A stretch of DNA of 63,879 nucleotides, the filler included, from Reticulomyxa filosa (Eukaryota > Protista > Foraminifera): the NCBI GenBank assembly GCA_000512085.1. It is 14 parts of 14 records of this genome, joined end to end, with 100 filler letters (N's around TTAATTAATTAA, not from the genome) between each part and the next. Parts side by side here need not be neighbours in the genome. Positions count along the whole stretch, not along the records: positions 15,596 to 32,833 come from ASPP01002289.1; positions 32,934 to 43,635 come from ASPP01010924.1; 12 more parts are not named here. The stretch is one strand, 5' to 3'. The position numbers were made by a program, and so were the translations under genes. The notes below the pieces were generated by a model. The model saw only the letters and a list, made by a program, of their open reading frames with translations. It did no database searches and had not been told where the DNA came from. Below are positions 23,801 to 37,700 of this stretch, piece by piece. Every line of letters begins with the position of its first letter. The stretch's first letter is position 1.

Positions 23801-26800
23801 GACATTGATACACACTTTAATCTGAATGAATCATTACCACCTTCTATTATCAATACCAACATTAATACTAACATTAACATCAACATTCACGCCAATTCCA
23901 ATATTGATATCGATGTGACTAACGGTAGCAATCCAAACAATGCCAATGGCATGCAAGTGGTGGTGACGTCGCTGTTCGATCACAGAAGCAGCAGCACTCT
24001 CAATGACAAACAAGAAGATAATGTGTTGTCGACGATGGATTCGGAACCGAGATCACAGCCCAAACTTGAGAAAAAAGACACGCAAACAGAAACGGAAACA
24101 GAGACGGAAACCGAAACAGAAACAGGGATGGAAATAGACTCGGACAAAGCACTCTTTCCCGAAACGAAACAGGGAAAGCTATTTGACAGAATGGGGATTA
24201 TTTTAGACAATTTGGATATCAATCCCGAAAAAGATTCAACTGATCCTTTGACTGTCGATTTTGAGGATATCTATGGAGATGAAAAGAGTGAGTATTTTTC
24301 ATACTCTTTTTCTTTCCGTCAAACTCATATTTGTGTGTATGTGTGTACATATATGTTGTTAATGCGACCATCACAGCGGTGTCAGACGATACACTGTTGA
24401 GCATAATCGTGCCCAGTCGAACGGGACAAGTCAAATTTCGAGAGCAAAGCATGACAAAAACCAAAACTGGAGACAGCATTGAGGATTTGTACGGACACGA
24501 ACACTCTCAAACCCATTCGGATCAAAAGAAAAATTACAAAAGCTTTGTTCCATACTAATTTGTAATTCAATATGTGTTACTGTCTTTTTGATCCATTCAT
24601 TCACACATACACACACATACATACATGTATATAGTTGTGGTGCACGAAGTACGATTTCAGCCCTCATATTCGTGGATATTGGATCCCGATCGTACGGATT
24701 TACAAAGGCCACAGTTGCGAGAGAAGGTTGATGGACCAGGCAAACGTACCACTCTTACCAACTCACACGTTTGTTTATCATGTCTTTCATACACGACATA
24801 TTCAAAGCATTACTTTATTAAATATCAAATATATACCATCAAGATAGGACTATTCATGGCTAATGGGTATCTTGGTTGGTGCATGGCCTGGAGTGCAGCA
24901 ACAAGGAGAAATGACGAGGTCAGCGATGGATCGCATATTCAATCTATTACCGCCTCCCTATCGTAATGAACTATTTCGATTGATCAATGAAGACAATGAA
25001 CCTTTTATCACTGCCGAAGAATATGAAACATTTCTGACCTCTTTAGTGGTTGGTTGTATTATTGCGTTTTGTGTTGTGTCTTCCCTTGTGTTGGGACGAT
25101 CCACATATGCATCACAATACACCGACTAGTGCGTGACTGGAAATCAAAAGCCGCCCATCGACTTGGAAATTCGAAACATGTCCAAGTCATTTTATCAAAA
25201 CGTAAATTTAAATAACATATTTGCACGAAAACAATTTTGCAGTAAACAAGTACTAACCGTGATTGGCGCAAAGCAAATCATTACTGATTTGCGCAAATAC
25301 TTTAGCGATATGGATATCCCTCCCAATGACATTTGCATTCCATTACTCACCGGCTTATCTCGGATCAAGATTACCAAAGCCATCACCCAATGCTCCAGAG
25401 TGTTTTGGAAGCTTTTGTCGGATCAATGGTGGTCTGATTACGACGACGCATTACCAGAACACCAGGAAGAAAGCGAACAATTAGAAGAAAAAGGGGAGGA
25501 TATTCCAATCAAAGACGATGACGACAACGAAGACAACAATGAGAATGTAGATGGACATGACATTGAGGATGACGAAGTTGAGTTTGATGATGAGCCATGG
25601 GACGACAAAGATTCGACAAAAAAACAGCCTTTGAAATACGCTCATGACGATAGCAACGATACAGCCAAGATCTCCGACATGGAAGACGATCATATTGCAA
25701 ACGCTGCACGAACTCAGATCAAGTCGTCACCTCTTGTATCTACATCTGTTCGTACACATGGACCGACCAATAGCTTGGGCCTTGAGTTATCCACAACATC
25801 GATTGCGCCAAAGTTATAATATTCAATGTTTGAAAAACAACAAGACAAATAGACAAATAGACAAATAAATGAATAAACAAATGACACAAAAACAAATCAA
25901 AAAGAAAACACGACCGTGCACTTTCGGCGAGCAGTGCATTAAAACTTGAAAATACGACAAAAGAAAAAGCGAACAATGAAAAAAACAGAAAGAAAAACAA
26001 AAATCTAAGACGCACTCAAAGTACCGGGATAAAAGAAAGTATTCACGAATTTTTAGAACGAGTAATGTCCCCTCCCATTCTCAAAGTTTTGGAACAACAA
26101 CAAAATCCTGATGCCAATGTCGGCGCCTTGTACAACAAGGCCATGAACTTACCTGTTCAAAGTCGATACTATCCAGTGAAAGACAGTAACGAACACAAAG
26201 CGGAAGGACACTCCAAACTCTCAACCATTGACGAAAGCATCAAAGAGATGGTCTTCACGAAACGTCCATTGGGATTTAGCTTGCACGATGTCAATGGGGA
26301 TTTGATTGTGGATGGAGTCAAAAAAGATTCGCCTGCGTGTCGAAAAGGCGTAAAGCAAGGATGGTTAGTGATCAGTATCAATGAAGAAACTGAAATTGAT
26401 AAAATGTATCGAATACTCTTTGATAAAAATGTGGAATCTTTGACTGTTGTATTTGACACAAGTGTCATTTCTCCTCTTCCGACCACCACCACTTCTGCCA
26501 ACACCTGCACAAACACCTCTGTCGACAGTGATTCCAGATCTGTTGTCCATCACTCCAAAACTCAGAGTGACTCCAAAAGCAAAAGTAACTCTTCGAGTAG
26601 TGACGAATCCACGAAAAAAAGATCGTTTGATGAAGAGTTGCCAAGTGAGTTTGCACACGAGTTTTTGGAAAAGAGAAATATCGTCAAAGCCAAGCCGAAA
26701 CCAATCACGACAAATACCGTACCAATGCAGTTAAGCGAGGATAAAAAGCAGTTGTTATTAAAAATGGATCGACGCGTGATGAAAGCGATACATCTTTGCG

Positions 26801-28200
26801 CACTGGAAAAGACCGTGAAGAATCTGTTCGCAGCGACGCGTCTTTGGATCTCTCTCCAGCGTTGCCACTCGATGATTTGGATAACATGATGCTGCCACCA
26901 CTCATTTTGGAAGATATGCCATTGAAACATAATGGGAATGATATTGATAAGGCTGGAGCGATTTCACCACTGGAAAGCCCTAATCAGCCCAGCTTGCAAT
27001 GTCCAAGACCTCAACCGATACCAATGAGGGTGGAAATGCAAATGGAAAACGATACTCAGCCTTTGTCCAATTCCCAACCTGATAGACAGAAAACAACTCA
27101 ACTCGCCCTTCCCAATTCTCAAACAACTACCACAAACATTGTTCAAGCTGATCCCATTCCTGAAATTGCCCCAGTCTCATTAACAGCATATGATTATGGA
27201 TTTACTCACTCTCGTATGATTTTATTGCGAAAATATTTTTGTTTGAGTTACAAATGGAAATGGATTGTGCGAATTATTTTATCAATTTGGTGTATTGTTG
27301 CCATATTTCTCATATTGCAGTTATATCATAACTTTTGTTTTCTTTTCCCAAAAAACACTTTTTTTTTGTGTTTTTTAAATAGCATTGGTATTCAATTTGA
27401 TTTAAAAGAACAATATAATAATCCATACAAGGACGAAGTTATAAGTCAATGCAGTAACAATCTGGATGTACCAGAACTAAATCAAATTTTATACAGTTGA
27501 GTAAATTCAAAGGGAAAATAAACCCAAGGATGCAAGGCATGCAAAAGACGCATCTACTTAAAAGCACTAACTTGTATATGCACGAATACGATACTTTTTC
27601 ATTATGACTTAACAACACAAAATAAAAATAGATGTAACTGAAAAGCATATTCAAGTATTAAATCAAAAACAAACTTCAGAAGATCAGTTCTCTGAAACGA
27701 TGTCGTGGATTTATTCTGGATTGTGTAGCGTCGGAATATTTTGGTTTGTGATTAGTCCGCTTTGGATTTTGTTCAAAACTGTTTGTATGAGTTGGCAATT
27801 TCGCGACTTAGCGCGACAAAAACAAGGCCATACGTTATTACGAGCCATAACCACAACAACCACACCCCCACTCACACCAACCGCAAGACAGAAAGGTGAT
27901 GAAACTATTGCCTTACCAAATAATTCTGGGCAAACACAAATTGAAATTACAGCTTCACCACCAAGAAAGGTCACTGGAACAGAAACAAATACCAATACTA
28001 CCTCTGCTCAAACACATACAACTAACACTATTCCCAGCAATTCTACTGCTACTACTATAAGTGGTAATGTAAGTCATTCTCAAAAAGAAAGCGCTTACAA
28101 TCAATTTACATATGAAAATTATATTTCCCTCATGGGACAAATTTTTAATGTATTTGGAGAGATTTACTTGCTGAAGGACAACCAAAACAATCAAGAATGA
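20860..28200 (+). CDS. Large multi-exon polycystin-1-like membrane protein: GPS motif, several TM segments, long disordered loop containing a PDZ-like domain; true start not resolved
   Basis: Spliced GPS-like CQYWNQ|TELEWKSTSDCWVVNHTSDSSTCAC..RLTQF, then a TM helix. PDZ-like FTKRPLGFSL...IVDGVKKDSPACRKGVKQGWLVISINE (~26242-26460). C-terminal TMs WKWIVRIILSIWCIVAIFLILQ and SWIYSGLCSVGIFWFVISPLWILFK. Most consecutive ORFs join through in-phase GT-AG introns. Confidence 0.65.
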
Positions 28201-31200
28201 CGAGCCATTTTAAAACAAAAACAGCTGCCAGTTAAATTATACTGGAGTTTTATCACACTCCCAATATAACTGTTTCACTTATTTTTTTTGTACATTGCAA
28301 AATGAAAGTTTTTTCTCAGAAAGCCATTTCTAGGGATTGTTGGATATTAAAAAGTTTAACCAATTGAAGGATTCAACCTTCATTGGTACATATTTATTTT
28401 TCCTTTTTTTGCTTAGACCTCTTTAACTTGTTTTCTTATATGCTTTTACAAAATTTTGAAATATCGGTTACTTTCTATTCAAAATGTATCTCACTTGAAT
28501 TTTTCTTTAAAAAGATATTGATGTTATGGTCGCAAACTGATGTTGTCTCAGTGTTTAATTTGTATGTACTAAGTACAATGAAAAAATGATAAATGATTGT
28601 ATTTTTTAAAAAAAGGGGCAAAAGACGAATATAACAAAATTTAGCAGATATAGAAAAAGGATGAAAGCACAAACACTTTTTAACTACATTAGATGCTTGT
28701 ATGAAGAAAAATTTTAAAGGTAAATTATAACGGCATCGCAAGTACATTCACAAATAAGCGCAAGAGACAGTCATTGTCAAAAAGAAAGAGTGAAAAAATC
28801 CTTTTTCACAGACAGTGTATCTTTTTAATAGCCTCTTAAGTCACTTGTCAATAAAGATAAAGCATCCACTCCAACTGTAACGACAATAACAATTAATTGC
28901 ACTGCCAACAGCAACAATTCAGTGAGCAAGAAATTAACGCAAGCGCATCATACACGCAAAATTCCAAAATCAGCGTGAAAAAAAAAATCAAATTGGTCGA
29001 CGCCAAGTCGAAAAGTAACGAATCTGCAAATGTACAATCATTGCTGTCGTTGTTGTAATATTCGTTACACAAAAAGGACAAGGGTTGGCATTAGACAAGA
29101 AACGACACTAGAAATATTGATTAAGCATGAGACGAGAATGAAGGATTTCAAGAGACTTAAAGAAATTTTATCTAAAAAAATTACATTAGTAACAACAATA
29201 TCAATAATAACAGTAACAGAAACAATATAAATAATAAAACTAGTAACAATAATATGAAAGTATAATTGATTGAATACTACGAATTGTAATAGCTCAAAGA
29301 TCAACTTTATATCTAACTAAATTATATATATACAATATCAATGCCAAAGTGAATTCACAACAAATATGATAATGCATGTATATCAGAAAACGAAATAGAA
29401 AGGAAGAAAACAAATTGACAAAAAAAAAGTAATAAATGACAAGAATTTAAAGTGCACAAATTGACTTGACAATGTCACAAATTTATAGACTTGGCGCAAA
29501 ACTAGTGTATATTTCCAAAAAAGTAAAAAAAAGTAAAACAAACTGACAACAATATTGGTAACAATGCTAACAATAATGGAAATGAAATAATGTTCAATTA
29601 AAAAAAGAACAATAAATAAAAAAAGAAAGTTGACAAAAAAAGAATAACGAACAGAAACTGAGTCAAAAAAAGAACAACAAGAGCAAGACTAAGATGACAT
29701 TGCACATGATCAAATAAATAAACACGAACAAAAGATTATGAGAGAAGATGTACAATACCAATAACGTGGAAAGCATTGATATATGATATAATAATTAACA
29801 GTAGAAGATAAAATATGAAGAAACTGCTCGATGTAAACTTATGATAAGAAAATATTGCAAATAGTTCGTCTTTTTAATGTATTTGAATATTTTCTGATAA
29901 TTGACCGATTAGATCAATTTAACTTCAATAATTGTGGTAATGCATTTGATTAGAAATCATATATTATAATTGAATTGATTTTAGATTGATAATACTACAA
30001 ATTTTGTGTATGTTATGCAATTTAAATATATCAATTTTCTTTGAATCAAATGTATTCAATATATATTATTGTGTTTTTCAAATTGTGATTTGATATGATA
30101 TGGAAGTTTTAAATTGCATGGACAATATTGATAAAGATTTATATTGAATACTAACTTCATGATATGAATATAGTTGACAGCTTATATTCGAATCATTTTC
30201 AATGTATAAAATTTATAATGCATTTTCAAATTGTTATGAAAATTTATTACTACATATCAAAATGATAATAGTTATCCAAATCTATTATGTTTTATAAAAA
30301 TATTATTGATTAAAATTCAATTTATAATAAATAATGCTTGTATGCTGTCAAAATAGTAAATGATATTGTATAAATACAAAACTCAGCCAATCATATTCAA
30401 GATGATTTAAATTTGAATAACAATCAAATTTAATGTTTGAAAATTTTGGTAATAATGACAAAATTACTAACTAAATCAAATGAGAACATAGTACATGAAA
30501 AAGCGAATAATACTTTGAAGACATATTTGAGGACAAAATCATTGGTAAACTATAGTGACCAAATAGCTATTATCAAGCATTAAAACAGACAATCATTTGA
30601 ATATAGATTATAAAATAATGATATGCAATACAATTTAAAGAAGATGATCATAAGTGATATTTTAGTATAAAAATGACTAACAAAAATTCACTAAAAAAAC
30701 AAATTAAATATCAAAGGTTGCAATGTGATAGTAATAGTTGTGGAAATAATTTTGGATATTTACTGCTGATCGTCAGTGGGATTAAAGTAGCGTTGTTAAA
30801 AAAAATCATAATCTAGATAAACTTGAAAAAAAGTTGTATTTTGAATGAAGACAAGAACAGATACTGCAACATCTAGTAGCTGAAAGAAGTCCAAAGTTAA
30901 TATTAGATTATTAACAACGATTTTCGTCGTCAACAAGATTGTGATGAAAACAGAAACAAAGACAAAGATACAAAGAGAATATTTTCAAATTACTAAAAAA
31001 AGAAATTTTTTTTATTGTTGTAAAAATTTTTTATACCTAGTTGAAAACTTTCAGATATATGATATTGCGATTTTGCGCGAGATCAGATATATACAAGATA
31101 ACAAACGAAACACATAAAATGAACAGTCGAAACAAAATAATATTAACAAGAAAGAATGGTGATTGAGTTAATTTTCTATTAAATAACTGAAATGGCAATA

Positions 31201-32534
31201 TCAACAACATTTACATGCTTTTCTTTAATAATAAGTGTTTAAATTTTATTTTATTTTAGTTTGCTTTAATTTATTAAAAGAGGTAAATTGAATCTCAATA
31301 TTTCTCCTAGACTTCAACACTTCGAAAACAATGATTAAAGGATTCGGTTGAGCATTAGCATTGCTACTGTAATTCACCGAACATTCCACAAGGAAGAGCC
31401 AAATTTGTTTTCACAGCTATTGATTGATCTTGCCGTATTTCTTTTTTTTGGATATTTTAAAGATTTAATTAAAACTTAAAATTTTTTTTTCACTTGTTGT
31501 TGTTGATTATGTGAGTTTTGGATATTTTTTGTTGATCTTTTCCATTTTTTGTTTTTATTAGAGTACTGTGTTCCTTTTGGGACGAGGTGCTCATTTAACT
31601 TGGATAACTTGGATAAGATCTTATTCTTGCTAAAAAAAAACGTTGTTCAACCAAATCCTCTGTGATGTTTCGTTTGTATCTTGATATCTTACTATAAAAA
31701 ATTTTACAGTAAAAAAATCAATTTCAGGTGGACAAAATTATTAGAAATCTTTGAAATGATTCTTGAGCTTCATAGCACATATTCCAACAGGCTTTCACGT
31801 AGAATGGTGTAAGATCGTCACGATTATATATAGTTTTTTCTTATTGGCAAGCATAGCGCTCATATTTGACTTATATATCTAAAAAAAAAGTGCAAATAAT
31901 CACTGTAAAGTAAAAAAGATAAATGAGGTAAAGAAATTGTTAAAAAATAACTACATAAATCACTGATGTACATGTGATGATGAGCATGATGCGTGTGCAA
32001 GAACTTTTGGTTTGTGATCAATTCACTTCGAGATAATTCTACTCAAATTTATCTTTTGGTTTTTGAATAATTATCTGACACAAATATCTTTGTTCATGCA
32101 AATGATTCCATTTTTAAGTGAAAAATATATTCAACACATGGAAATTCAGGAATGGAACTGTTCGTCTTGGTCTCCTGATTGATTAAATTCTGCTTGGAAT
32201 CTTTCTTCGCTAATGCATCCGTTCGTTCATTTCCAGAGTTATAAGCATCTGAAATATAGCTGAAAAGTTATTTGTTGGTTACTTTTGTAACATATTGTAA
32301 TATTTAGTACTTTATTCAAGTGTACTTGTTTTGCAATATTTCTTTCTGTGAATTCAACTTATAACATTATCTCTAAAAAAAACAAAAAAATCTTTCTAGT
32401 TAAAAAGAGCACTTCGTTCTAAGAAATAGAACAGTCTAAAAAATCTTACAACGACCAAAAGATCAATGCAAAAATAATCAAAGAAAAACAATAAAGTTAT
32501 TGCAATTTAAATTGAGATTTATCTTGTCAATTGT

Positions 32535-32833
32535 TCAAATTGTCGACATTATTCCGTGGATACATCTATGAAGCTGATGCTGGAGTGCCGACAGTTGAAC
32601 CAGATTTACATCCGATCCCAAATATTCCAACAATGCAAATAGCAATGATGCCACAATCAAATAAATCGACACATTTTGATATTTTGTGATTGAAATCCTG
32701 GAATTGGAGGTGCAGGACTTGTCATTCAAGATCATATTTGCGGGAATCATTGGATCAGAGGTTAAGGCAATGAGATTTCATTTGAATATGTGAATTACGT
32801 CGCAATTGGTGGACAAATGTCCAAGAATTGCTT
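32535..32833 (+). pseudogene. Degenerate RNase H-like remnant, probably from a retroelement
   Basis: The + strand encodes NPGIGGAGLVIQD (32694-32732), then GIIGSEVKAMR after a frameshift. This resembles the RNase HI NPG.GG.G and E..A motifs; stops and frameshifts are present. Confidence 0.55.
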
Positions 32834-32933
32834 NNNNNNNNNNNNNNNNNNNNNNNNNNNNNNNNNNNNNNNNNNNNTTAATTAATTAANNNNNNNNNNN
32901 NNNNNNNNNNNNNNNNNNNNNNNNNNNNNNNNN

Positions 32934-32973
32934 ATATGTTTTAGGCGTTCAGTTTTCTTTGCAACATACTGTA
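32934..32973. mobile_element. Terminal fragment of the MITE-like TIR
   Basis: GTTTTAGGCGTTCAGTTTTCTTTGCAACATACTG-TA, identical to the end of the 57909 copy and one mismatch from the 6498 copy. Confidence 0.7.
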
Positions 32974-33922
32974 TATAATGTGTCGTTTTATGTTTGAACT
33001 TTCTTTTGAGTTCTACAGTAGATTCGTCAGTCTAATGACAGGAAAAAGGCGGAACCTTAAAAATGATTGAACGGAATTGATATAAAAATTTGATAAAAAA
33101 ATAATTTTTCATTTTTTGTTTAGTGTTAAAAATAATGGTCTTTAAAAGTTAGTGCAAAAGTAAACATATTAAATATGTGTACATGTCATTAAATGAAGAA
33201 TTAAAACAGAACAAACTAATTACATACATGCATCATTGAAATGTAGCACTTAGTAATATTTCGCAAAATAGAATTACAATTTATAGTAACTGTTGTGAAA
33301 CGAACTAGTTGTTTTGAGTATAAGTGTAAACTATCAAAAATTGAAGTTAAAGAAGGTACTTACAACAAAGAGGAAGTTGTAGAAATATATAATGATACAT
33401 ACCTAAAATAATATTTTGCAAAAACAACAGTCATTCAAAAATATTGCATTTAAAGTATAGTTGTTGAATTTTTTTAACTTTAAGTTAGTATAGCGATATT
33501 TTGCCATAGAAAGATGAAGAGGTTTAGAAGCGATCGAAAAGATAGCACGATATAAAGCTTGTAAAGTGGACTAATAGATATACTGATTTAAAAATCATAA
33601 ATTGCCTATAGTTTAAAAAATGTGTCTTTTCAATTAATATGAAGTTGTTTATTTTATTTTAATTGTAATTTGTTTTCATCGTAATGTAAGCAATGAAGAT
33701 AAGTTTTTATGATATGCATATAACGAACTTTTGAAGTAATACGTAATTTATCAATTTTTGAATTGCATATACTAGTGAATATGATTTCTTTCCTGATTTA
33801 TGCTAATTTAATTTATGCTTTTAAAATTTTTTTGAAGCAATTAAATAGGATCAAAATGAAATAGTGGTTTTGTAATAATTCATCTAACGCTTTGTCTGAT
33901 TAATCACAATGTACAATTAAAG

Positions 33923-34165
33923 ATCCATTTTGCATATGGTGTAGCAATCTTTATAGTTGTCATTGGTACGTTCAGTACTTTCGTTACAAATTTTGGTTTT
34001 GATTTGTTATACTCTGATGATATTATGCGAACAAAAAATTTATTTCTTTTGTAACATTTTCCAGTTGCAATACCTTTCCAAATCGTAGCTTTGAAAATGT
34101 TTTCGCACGCAATAGCTGTATCTTATAATATAACACCAAATAAAATGCAAATGACAAGTCATTGA
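33923..34165 (+). CDS. Possible last two small exons of a membrane protein, or a pseudogene
   Basis: AG|IHFAYGVAIFIVVI-GT..AG-VAIPFQIVALKMFSHAIAVSYNITPNKMQMTSH* splices in phase; upstream exons were not resolved. Confidence 0.3.
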
Positions 34166-34732
34166 CATCCTACCGAAGGAAGTCATTCGTAAATCTTACT
34201 CACAGCAGCAGCATTCTCACAGTGTCCTTTAAAAAAAAGTATACGGTATGTCAAATTACAAAGACTTTAAATAGTTATGCACTTACAGTCTAAGACAATA
34301 AACTATTAATGAATACAAGTAAATGGAATTTGTTCATATTGTTTATGCGACAGCTGGTTAATATGTATCAATATTCTTTCTTTTAATAGCACTTTAAATT
34401 TTATTTATTTGTTTTATGATATCCTTTGTATATTTTTTGAAACAAATAATATCTTTTTTAAGTTTAAAGAAGAGTATTGCTTCACATATGATCAATTTAT
34501 TACATTGTATTGATGCCTTAAAAATATGATACATTGTTCAATTGTCAATAAAACAATCAAGTATGCACACAAACCTTTTCTGTAGGTGTGTATTTTCTGT
34601 CTCAAACGGTTGTTGTTTTTGGTGCTAAAAAGTTAAAAAATCCTAAAGTATATCTGATACTTGTGAGAACATTCAAATTTTACCTGAAGAATAAGACCCA
34701 AAGTACTCTCAAGGCTGGAAGAAAACAATAAT

Positions 34733-37700
34733 TTGAAACAAAAGGTATCTCGAAAAAATGGGTCGCAACGAGATGATTCGTTGAGTCCAGTAGTAACCCC
34801 AAACTCGAACGCGACGCAAAATTTGCACGGCTCTTTCAATTTGGGTGCAAATGGCTCAGCAACAGGACTTTCGTCCGGCAGTGGACAATCTCTAACTCCA
34901 AAATTGGATAGTAAAAAAGGTCCAGCCCGATTTGCATCTCACCAAAACAACAAGACATCAGGAACAGGAGGAAGTACCTCGAGTTCTAATTCGAAAAAAT
35001 CATTACGCAAGTATCGCAAAAACTTTACAAACACACACATGTTTTTACCGAATGAAAAGCCCCCTCCTCCAACATATCGGCGAGGAGCATCCTCTCAAGC
35101 GGGCTACGCGATGATGCGTCAACGAAGCACCCGTTGTATGGAGCGATGCATATGCCAAAGACGGGTATGTCAAAAGGATCAAAAATGGGGCGAGGTATGT
35201 ACAACAACCCAACAGTGACCAACTCCGTTGCTCATAATAAGCGTCCGACTGTGAATAAGGCGCCACTCACTGGCGCTGACAGCAACACGAGCGATAGTGT
35301 CAATAGTACTTCCCTGCCAGGACAAGTCGTCCAAGCACGAGACAACTCGGACAATGGTCACAACAGATCCGCATCCCATCATACGAGAAGCGTCAGTGCA
35401 TTGAACTTACCAATCAATTCTGCTTTATTAAGTAGCGACAATCACAGCATTAATGGTGGACCAGACCATCCGATTATTAACCCATTACAACATTCTAACA
35501 TGTTACACATTTTTTTTTTTTTTTTTTTTTTTACGTTCTTTGTTTTTGTAAAAGAAAAAAATAAATAAATAAATGAAATATGAGGATAATCAGAACACAG
35601 AGCGACAAGCCTCCTGGACATGTACTAACAAACTTGCGTCGTCGAAGCTATAGTGGCGGAGACTTAAAGGTCCCGTCCGTAACGACATTGACAAGTCCCC
35701 CTGAAAATACAATGATGAGGATGATGGATATGGAGGTTTCAGCACTGGGACCGGACAATGACGGCTACAACTATAACCATTCCAATCATTACAATCATTA
35801 CAATCATTACAACAATTACAATCATTACAATTACGTAGACGGCGATAACGAGGACGACTATGGACCAACGGTGGATGAGGAAGACGAGAGCAAGGACGAA
35901 GCAATGGACGAAAGCGAAGACTTACAGATACTCGCGGACATTGGGGACGATTATGACGACGGGATTGAAGAGCCACTTGGACACGACATTCTTCCAATCG
36001 AATTGGCCCAGTTGCTACAAATGGTCGAAGAAAAGTTCAATCGCTACGTAAACGATAATGATAACGATAACGTTAACATAAGTCCACGCCACGTCAATCC
36101 CACGATCAAAGTGCGAATGTCCAATCAAAACAAGCTCGCCACGTTATGTCACATCATTGCCGATATGTGTAAATATGCTCAAATTGGATTTTTGACCCCT
36201 TTTCTTCAAAGTTTTGACAACACTGTCTGACATTTTATGGATATATGTACTACGCATATTATATCTTTGTCAAGCTCAAAAAACAACAATCGACAGAGAA
36301 ATGCAAGGAATTGATAGCACTATTGGAACAACTTGAAAAATTTTTGGCCAAGTTTATAAGCTTTCATTATTTTATTACTCGATTGATTTGTATTGAAATA
36401 AAAAAAAGGGGGGGGGAAACAACACAAACATTGACAGGAAGGAATCAAGCAAAGAGGAGAATTGGATCGCTTCCGAACTGGGCAAAGATATCGATGGTGT
36501 CGTATTGAATGCCTTACAATTGTGCAGTGTGATCATCAATGGACTGGATCGCATGAAAGAACTGTGGCAATTGTTTGGGTTTAGAAGAGATTGGTTTGAC
36601 TTTTGGATTGGATTATTTCCTCCAACAGTTTTGTTTGTGTTTGTGCATTGTCGGACCTTTTCACAGCATCGACTTATTCACAAAAAAATCTCTTTGGGAC
36701 ACTGAAAGGAAATGCATTTTGATGCGATTGAATGGTCCGTGTTTGTGGAACACATTACGGTGAAATACGGTAAACTGAACGGCCTGGACAAGCAAAGCGT
36801 GATCCGCAGTTTGACGGAATATAATTCTTCCACTTTCTCATTACGAGTATTTGATTTGCTTTTGAAAAAGTTTGATCGTGTCGATCAACTACTCGATTAT
36901 GTCGTTCACAACAGTTTTGATTTTTTTTAAATTTGATCTGACAAGTTACAAATACGCCGTAGCACTGCATAATGTGACAACAGTTGAAAGGAATCTATCG
37001 ACGAACTCAAAAACGGGATTCCCATTATTGGACAGACGAGTACTCGCAAGCACAAAGAAACAGTCAAGCGTGAAAAAAGACAAAAACAACAATGCAAGAA
37101 AACGCAATAGCAACAGCAACAGCAACAGCAACATAAATCGTAGTCCAAACAGCAATAGCAAATCTATTTCACGACCAGTGATGGTGCAATCCTATTCGCA
37201 GGGTGTTGATCGTCTCAATCCTGCACATTTGTCTCCTTCCGTTACGACCAAGCAATCAATCGTTTCGATTCACGAACGCGCCACGGCAAATAAGCCCATC
37301 AATCGAAATGTTAGTGTCGATAACATGTCTCCGCTCGCGCCACAATCGGAAAGTCAGTTCAACAACAGTACAGTGAACAAGGGTAGCACAGTCGAGAGCG
37401 CACGTTTGAAAATGGAGGACGAGGCGATGATCAAGAGTGAAAGACAGGAGTGGATGTTCATGCTCGCCTCGTTGCAAGACCAAGTGCAAATGCTGCAACA
37501 TCAAAATTATCAACTACATCGAACCTGTAAAGAGTACGCATACGGAAAAAAAGTCGACAGAGCCCAATTGAGCCATCTTTTCAAAATGCAAAGTATTCAA
37601 GAGCTCACCGAAAAAATTGTTCGCATTGTATGCAGTCGGTCTCACGAATTGTTTCAAACTATGAATCAAAAAATCGCTCAAATCCAACTCTCTTTGGGTC

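Noticed and set aside
25127-25135. Possible stop-codon readthrough between in-frame ORFs 24863-25129 and 25133-25819
   Set aside because: The TAG is the acceptor of a phase-0 GT-AG intron. Conserved genes in the window use the standard code with normal stops.
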